DNA from: Candidatus Nitrospinota bacterium M3_3B_026
GTDB lineage: Bacteria > Nitrospinota_A > UBA7883 > JBPRGF01
Direction: 5' to 3'
Length of the DNA: 15,246 nucleotides
Assembly: GCA_051418015.1 (NCBI GenBank)
Contig: JBPRGF010000016.1
Span: forward strand, 1-15,246
Made by a program: the position numbers and the translations under genes. Of the stretch, positions 1 through 5,021 are shown piece after piece. The notes under the pieces are model-generated. The model was not told the origin of the DNA. It saw only the letters and a program-made list of their open reading frames with translations, and did not search any database. How positions within the stretch are numbered: the first letter of the stretch is position 1; every line of letters starts with the position of its first letter.

Positions 1-57
1 GAAGGAGAGGGCCGTAGAGCGGGGAGTCCTCATACGCCCTGCACCAGCGGACTCGGG

Positions 58-555
58 CTACTCTTCTTCACTAGGATAATGCCCCCGCTGAAAGAGACGC
101 CTGTCCCAGGAGAAGGGCTCCGGCTCTCCGCGCTCCAGGTCGTGAAATTCGGGGTGAAACGGGTTAATCAAGTAGTTCTCCGCAAGGGGAAGGACGGCAC
201 TCGGCACCCCAAGGACCGGCGAGCGCTCCTCGTTGAACCAGCCAGTGCCGATGTCACGGGTTGCGTCCCGGTGGGGAAAGGCGTCCCATTCCTCGGGGAG
301 GTCCTTTTCTTGGGTTCGCTCAAGGTGCTGATCCGGATCCAGTCGGAGCGGGACGAGCGCGTAGTTGCTGGTGCGCGCCATCTCATAACGTCCCAACCAC
401 GCGAGTTTTTCGAGGACTGCAATCCCTGGATGCTCGCTTGCGTAAGCAACTTGAGTCCCCTTATGATGCCAGCGTCCGTTGGTACGGAGACTGCCTTTGC
501 CGCGGAACGCCTCTTTCAGGTAGCGTTCCTTTTCGAGTCGCCAGATCGTGAGCAC
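58..555 (-). CDS. RES-domain toxin (NAD+-degrading/ADP-ribosyltransferase-like, MbcT/ParT family)
   Basis: 165 aa from a GTG start. Typical RES motifs: IWRL, 'G.G...GRWH..G..VAYASE', 'AVLEKL', 'LPEEW', 'VLGVPSAVLP..ENYLINPFHPEF', 'F.WD.RL'. The R, E and S signature residues are present. It lies downstream of an Xre-type antitoxin gene. Confidence 0.93.
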   Translation of the reverse strand: MLTIWRLEKERYLKEAFRGKGSLRTNGRWHHKGTQVAYASEHPGIAVLEKLAWLGRYEMARTSNYALVPLRLDPDQHLERTQEKDLPEEWDAFPHRDATRDIGTGWFNEERSPVLGVPSAVLPLAENYLINPFHPEFHDLERGEPEPFSWDRRLFQRGHYPSEEE

Positions 556-629
556 CGTTGGTCAACGCTAAGGGATAGTCAACGCCAATGAAGAATCGAA
601 CGTAAGCCCCGTAGCTTGGGGAAGCGAAT

Positions 630-1046
630 CTAAGCAGGGAGGCCGTATTCGATGTGGTAGAGCATGTTTTTGACCTCCTCCATCCCCGCCACCGTGTCCA
701 TGTGATCGAGCGGCGACTCACCTCCGAGCATCGAGTGAGGCGTAGACAGCCACTCGCGGGCCGTCTCCGCGCTATCTAAGGCCTGGCGGGCAAGCGCGAC
801 GATCTCAGCCAACAGCACCAGGCGATCGGATTCCCCTGTGGTAAGCGTTCCTGCTTCCCGCCGGCGGCTGAGCGTGCGGGTTGAGATCCCCATCGCGCGA
901 GCCAGAAGCTCGTCCGGTGCCTCCAGGTGCTCTTGCACGTGCTTTACTGCCTGGTAGGGTAGGCCCGCCCGGACGGCAGCGACCGGATCGGAGCCGATCT
1001 CAGGGATGATGGACGCGGCCGTCGAGGAGGTCTCAGTCGAAGGCAT
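630..1046 (-). CDS. Xre/MbcA/ParS-family antitoxin (HTH plus C-terminal toxin-binding domain)
   Basis: 'VRAGLPY', HTH 'LARAMGISTRTLSRRREAGTL...ESDRL', C-terminal 'AREWL.TPH.MLGGESPLD..DT.AG...V..ML..IEYG'. ATG at 1046 (MPSTET, 138 aa) is preferred over the ORF-track start at 1154. Confidence 0.92.
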   Translation of the reverse strand: MPSTETSSTAASIIPEIGSDPVAAVRAGLPYQAVKHVQEHLEAPDELLARAMGISTRTLSRRREAGTLTTGESDRLVLLAEIVALARQALDSAETAREWLSTPHSMLGGESPLDHMDTVAGMEEVKNMLYHIEYGLPA

Positions 1047-1091
1047 TGGGAGCGGAAGAAGCTTGTGGACAGGAAACGGGTTCCCATTCAC

Positions 1092-1143
1092 TGACACCTG
1101 TCGTGAAAGTTTCGACAGTTGGCGTAGATCGCATTTCCCGACA
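1092..1143. promoter_or_regulatory. Putative TA-operon operator (inverted repeat CTGTCG-N9-CGACAG plus extra GACA half-sites)
   Basis: CTGTCG 1098-1103 and CGACAG 1113-1118, plus TGACA 1092-1096 and CGACA 1139-1143, about 45-100 bp upstream of the antitoxin ATG. Type II TA systems commonly autoregulate through such repeats. Confidence 0.4.
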
Positions 1144-1216
1144 TCGCGATTCACGTGGTGATCCGCGCGCTGAATCGGGTCGAGAAAGAGGCCTGGGGCC
1201 GCAAGATGCTGGAAAT

Positions 1217-3256
1217 CTAATGCGCCCGCTGGAGTGCCTTCCGGGCATCCGAGCCGCTCTTGATCGACAGGTGGGAGCCAACAAACCGGTCCTCTCGCCG
1301 CTCTTTTGGTCCATTCTCGATTCGCTGAATGGCGCAGAGGGGCGGATACAGCTTATCAAACAGCATCTCCTGAAGGTCCTCCCCGGCGAGCCTCCCCAGG
1401 CGCTCCTCCGAGACCTCCAGCGCGCGAAGAGGGGAGTTCTCGGTCAGAGCGTCTCGAACAGAGATCGTGCCTCGGGACACCTCTTCCGCGAGGGCTCTTA
1501 ACACGTCCCGCAGCGCGCGGTCGAGACCGAGCTCTGAGAGGGAGGCGGCGCAGGTGGCCCAGGAGGAGTCCTCCTGAGGCCACTGCCCGACAAGACGCGC
1601 TGCACCGCCCTCTTGGTGGGGGGCTTCTTCAAAGCGGAGTCCCGGCGCCCCGTGAAGGACATGGAGGTAGTAGGCCGTTTCGATAGAGGGTAGGACCGAC
1701 CGGTAGAGGCGAGCGACCAACTCAAAGAGAGACGCTTCCGAGAGGGCCCCGGGCTTCGCCGCGTCCACGCCGGAGCCAAGCCTTAAGGCTTCTCGATCGG
1801 TGCCCGTAAGGTTAGAAAATGGAGAGGGAGTCTCAAGGAACGTCTTCTGCCGGACCTCTCCCGAGGCCAGTGCGCGCGCCGCTTTCTCGCAGGATCGGAG
1901 CAAGGCGCCGCGCAAGGTGTGCTCTAAGGCGGAGCTCACCCCTCGCCTGAGGTCACCCGAAGGCGCCTCCCAGGTTACCTCGACCATCGGGCTGTAGCGC
2001 CCGGAGGCCAGGCGCTGGAAGTACAAAGAAACGCCCGGCGGCCCACTGAGAAGCTCCCGCATCTTCTTTCGAAGAGAAGGGAGGGCCAGTTCGGTGAGGT
2101 GCCCGACTTGCTCCTCAGCAGAGAGGCCCTTGCGAAAGACAGAAAACGGCGATGGGCGTGCCTTCGAGGCGCGGGTCGCTTCTTCCGGAGACGCCTCTTC
2201 CCACTCTTGGGCGAGTTCGCTACAAAGCTCGCGGGTCGCGCTCGCCAGAGAGCGGCGGCCCAGCGCCCGCGAGCGGGTTTTCTGCATCCCGTCCTCGTTT
2301 TCGTAGGTGATCCTCAAGAGGGGCACATAGCGGCCGTTTCGCTTTCGGGTGGCGAGGGAGAGACCGGGAACGCCCTCCAGGGCCTCATCCCGGTCTCGGA
2401 GAATCTTTTCTGCTTCCTCGGTTGTCCCGGCAACGGCTCTGTCGTAGAGTTGCTGGACCCGCTCCGTCGTGGTGGCCTCCTCGAACCAGCGCTCCGGTAG
2501 GGCGCTGAAGAGGTAGCTGCGCCGGACGTCTACTTTGCCGGCCTCGTACTCCTCTACGACGCGTTTGGCGGCTTTCCAGACCCCTTGCCGAGGCGACCAT
2601 TTCTGGAGGGAGAGGATGTGGCGTCGCACCTGGCCTTCCGGGGTGGTCCAGCGGACCTGGAGGGCCGGATGAACGAAGCCCTCTGCATCCGTGCGCTTAA
2701 TTACGGTCATCCCCGGCACGTCGAACTGAGACTGCCTGGCGGCGCTTTTCTGCCGGGCAGCCTCGGGGGAGAGGGCCTCCGGCATTTGGCCCTTAATGAG
2801 ATCCCGCCAGATGAGGGCCGCGTGACGAGCGCCCGTCTTCCCGCCGAAGTGGGCGTCGGAGAAGAACTTCTTCCGGAGGGTGCCCTGCCGCTGCACCCGA
2901 ACAAAGTCGCCATGCGTGTCGCCCTGCTCGGGGCCAGTATCGACCCGGCTGATGTTTGTGGTGTCGGACCAGTCGGGCTCTTCCTGGTAGCGGCGGCTCC
3001 AGAGAACGGCGGCGGTGTAGGCAGCCTCCACCGAGCCGTAGACCTCGTCGGGAAAATACACGGCTTCTGTTTCCGGGAGGCCGGGGAGACTCTTCGTCGA
3101 GGCACTCCCAGGCTCCTCTTCGCCCGAGGGGCGCTCCTCAGGAACGACCTTCCAGCCTTCGAGGGCCGGATCCCGGGGATCGGAAAAGTCGACCCGGACC
3201 ACCTCGAGTCCGGGCGGTTGGGAGGCGCTTTTGTCCGTCGAGGAATCGCCATTCAT
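1217..3256 (-). CDS. Multi-AP2-like-domain putative DNA-binding protein (679 aa)
   Basis: aa101-155 'NISRVD...THGDFVRVQRQGTLRKKFFSDAHFGGKTGARHAALIWRD' matches the bacterial/phage AP2 pattern. Four further ~110-130 aa repeats begin 'xxPG[M/L/V]' at aa179, 295, 405 and 536. The N-terminus carries a degenerate copy ('YFPDEVYGSVEAAYTAAVLW'). Confidence 0.75.
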   Translation of the reverse strand: MNGDSSTDKSASQPPGLEVVRVDFSDPRDPALEGWKVVPEERPSGEEEPGSASTKSLPGLPETEAVYFPDEVYGSVEAAYTAAVLWSRRYQEEPDWSDTTNISRVDTGPEQGDTHGDFVRVQRQGTLRKKFFSDAHFGGKTGARHAALIWRDLIKGQMPEALSPEAARQKSAARQSQFDVPGMTVIKRTDAEGFVHPALQVRWTTPEGQVRRHILSLQKWSPRQGVWKAAKRVVEEYEAGKVDVRRSYLFSALPERWFEEATTTERVQQLYDRAVAGTTEEAEKILRDRDEALEGVPGLSLATRKRNGRYVPLLRITYENEDGMQKTRSRALGRRSLASATRELCSELAQEWEEASPEEATRASKARPSPFSVFRKGLSAEEQVGHLTELALPSLRKKMRELLSGPPGVSLYFQRLASGRYSPMVEVTWEAPSGDLRRGVSSALEHTLRGALLRSCEKAARALASGEVRQKTFLETPSPFSNLTGTDREALRLGSGVDAAKPGALSEASLFELVARLYRSVLPSIETAYYLHVLHGAPGLRFEEAPHQEGGAARLVGQWPQEDSSWATCAASLSELGLDRALRDVLRALAEEVSRGTISVRDALTENSPLRALEVSEERLGRLAGEDLQEMLFDKLYPPLCAIQRIENGPKERREDRFVGSHLSIKSGSDARKALQRAH

Positions 3257-3683
3257 GAGTTCGTCAGGGCAGGAAATTGCCAGGTAAGGGCAGTGGTGGA
3301 AGATCGAAATCTGCCGGTCGCCTGCTCAACTCACGTCCCGATCAGGGGGATGTGGGAGGATTGAGATAAAAAAGTAACTGGATATATAGATCAAGATTCA
3401 TTCCCGCGCTCGCCCTGAGCGCCACGAGGCCGTGAGGTTCACAAGAAGAAAACAGGCCGGAAAGACGCTCAATAACAAAGGCTTATGGAGGATTAGATTT
3501 CGCCGTTGAGGGGTTGGGGAGAGCTACCTGTTAAGGAGTCCCCTCTGTGAGGGGTTTAGATATGCGAAAGCAGGAACAGAGGTACAAAATGGATCTGGCA
3601 CGTCCGCCTTGCGCCAGAGGCGCATCCGAAGCAGGAGAGGTGGTGAAATCTGTGAGGAGCCGTCAGAAAGGCGAAAGGAGGGG

Positions 3684-3731
3684 TTGTTCTGGGGAGCGAA
3701 TTTCAGTATAAAGGCACCGGCGATTTCGCTC
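3684..3731 (+). promoter_or_regulatory. Putative sigma70 promoter of the 3800 gene, with a 7-bp inverted repeat
   Basis: TTGTTC (3684-3689), N17, TATAAA (3707-3712). GAGCGAA (3694-3700) and TTCGCTC (3725-3731) flank the -10 box. Confidence 0.35.
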
Positions 3732-3799
3732 AGCCACGCTTTCTCTGGCGCCGAGCGCACCTCCAGAAGTTGCACCTCTCCAGATTGAGAACCCCCTTC

Positions 3800-4468
3800 A
3801 TGCTCGCATACCCTCTTCAGCCGTGTCCTGCGTGCCGCCAGAAGTCCGTTCGACTCCGAGAGGGAGCCGGGCAAACTTCAGCACCCGAATCTCAACGGCA
3901 GCTATCGGGCGAGAAGGAGCGCAGGACCACTGGAGGGATGCATCTGCCAAGGGGGACGTTCGATGGATGGCACTGGCATCCAGAGCGAGAGCTTTTCTAC
4001 TTCTGCACCGCCTGCCGGTATGCCCGCCTCTCGATTAGTGGCGTCCTCAGAGGGGAGCCCTCGCCAATTCAACACACGGCAGGTGCGCAGCGTGAATGCA
4101 GCTGTCGGGTCCTCGTCCTGCACCACGATGTTTTGCACCACGACGCGGAGCTTCGCGATGAAGGACACCTTTTGGACGCTTTCGGCGACAGCCCTATTCG
4201 TGACAGCCGGAATGGCGGCAGTGACATTGACGACAGCCACGCAGGGGAAAATAAGGTGTGGCTCGTTCCTACAGAGAGCCATCTCGTTCAGCAATCCGTA
4301 TCTCCTGCGGTCTTTGTGTCGGAGGAGCTTCCGGAGGAGGAAACCTACGCGCCGGCCGAGTGGACGTACTTTTTGGGCCGCGCAGAGGTGTGCAGGGAGG
4401 AGTTTAAGCAGCTGTTGGACCGGGCGTATGCCCGCTTCAGAGCAGGCAGCTTTGAAGCGAGGCCATGA
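3800..4468 (+). CDS. Hypothetical protein with putative zinc ribbon (CPAC ... CTAC)
   Basis: 222 aa from ATG 3800. Two CxxC motifs, an extra CSC, a His cluster LHHDVLHHD and a helical C-terminus. Composition is protein-like, whereas the overlapping alternative frames look like shadows. Confidence 0.6.
   Translation: MLAYPLQPCPACRQKSVRLREGAGQTSAPESQRQLSGEKERRTTGGMHLPRGTFDGWHWHPERELFYFCTACRYARLSISGVLRGEPSPIQHTAGAQRECSCRVLVLHHDVLHHDAELRDEGHLLDAFGDSPIRDSRNGGSDIDDSHAGENKVWLVPTESHLVQQSVSPAVFVSEELPEEETYAPAEWTYFLGRAEVCREEFKQLLDRAYARFRAGSFEARP
4115..4144 (+). repeat. 15-bp imperfect in-frame tandem duplication (VLHHD x2)
   Basis: gtcctgcaccacgat followed by gttttgcaccacgac. Confidence 0.75.
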
Positions 4469-4476
4469 AAGCAGGT

Positions 4477-4499
4477 GAGGACGCGAAATGCGTTGCCTC
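4477..4499. terminator. Possible hairpin terminator between convergent genes
   Basis: GAGG-ACGC-gaaat-GCGT-tg-CCTC stem with a bulge, between stops at 4468 (+) and 4526 (-). There is no clear U-tract. Confidence 0.25.
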
Positions 4500-4525
4500 G
4501 TCATCGAACATTTAGCCCAGGAGAA

Positions 4526-4891
4526 TTAGATTCCAGGGCGGCACGCCGCCCAGTAGACCCAAGCCATGAGGACAAACTGAAGGGGCACCCGCAAGTAGAG
4601 TGCCCAAAGCGGCACTTTGGGAAATTCTCCAGGCTGGCGCAACATGTAGACGTGCACAGGGAAGACGGCGCAGAGAAGCAGGATCAGGCCCCACCCGGCA
4701 TATGGGCGGACGGCCGGGAAGAGCACGCCGATGCCTCCAGCCACTTCCGCTACGCCGCTGAGGTACACGAGCAGGTGCGGACGAGGAAAATAGGGTGGGA
4801 TGATGCGCGTGAAGACTCCTGGCCACAGAAAATGTCCGACTCCTGCGCCGATAAAAAGGGCCGCAATGGCGTAGAGCGAAGCTGTCTGCAT
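4526..4891 (-). CDS. DoxX-like (COG4270-type) small integral membrane protein
   Basis: 'ALFIGAGVGHF..P..F..IIPPYFPRP.LLVYLSGVAEVAGGIG.L.P..R..AGWGLILLL.AVFP.HVYM ... LYLRVPLQFVL.AW'. Start at ATG 4891 (or 4897). The ORF-track extension to 5338 overlaps the primase gene and is rejected. Confidence 0.9.
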   Translation of the reverse strand: MQTASLYAIAALFIGAGVGHFLWPGVFTRIIPPYFPRPHLLVYLSGVAEVAGGIGVLFPAVRPYAGWGLILLLCAVFPVHVYMLRQPGEFPKVPLWALYLRVPLQFVLMAWVYWAACRPGI

Positions 4892-5021
4892 GGGCATCAA
4901 AGGGGGGGGAGACCGTAGAAAGTAGAGAATTTTTTCACGGCTCGGTTCAAGGCCGGATCCTCTGATTGGACTGCCGCCTTGCGTGGCGCGTCGTGGTCGT
5001 GTCTTGTCTTCGGGGGCGTGC

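Noticed and set aside
1..33. Possible start of a minus-strand gene (MRTPRSTALSF...) downstream of the RES toxin
   Set aside because: Only 11 codons are visible, so it cannot be supported.
1047..1154. N-terminal extension of the antitoxin in the ORF track
   Set aside because: It does not resemble the family and overlaps the likely promoter/operator. ATG 1046 gives a typical length.
3524..3874. 116-aa minus-strand ORF, and a 49-aa plus-strand ORF at 3562-3711
   Set aside because: No recognisable motifs, and they overlap the putative promoter or start of the 3800 gene. Probably chance ORFs in GC-rich DNA.
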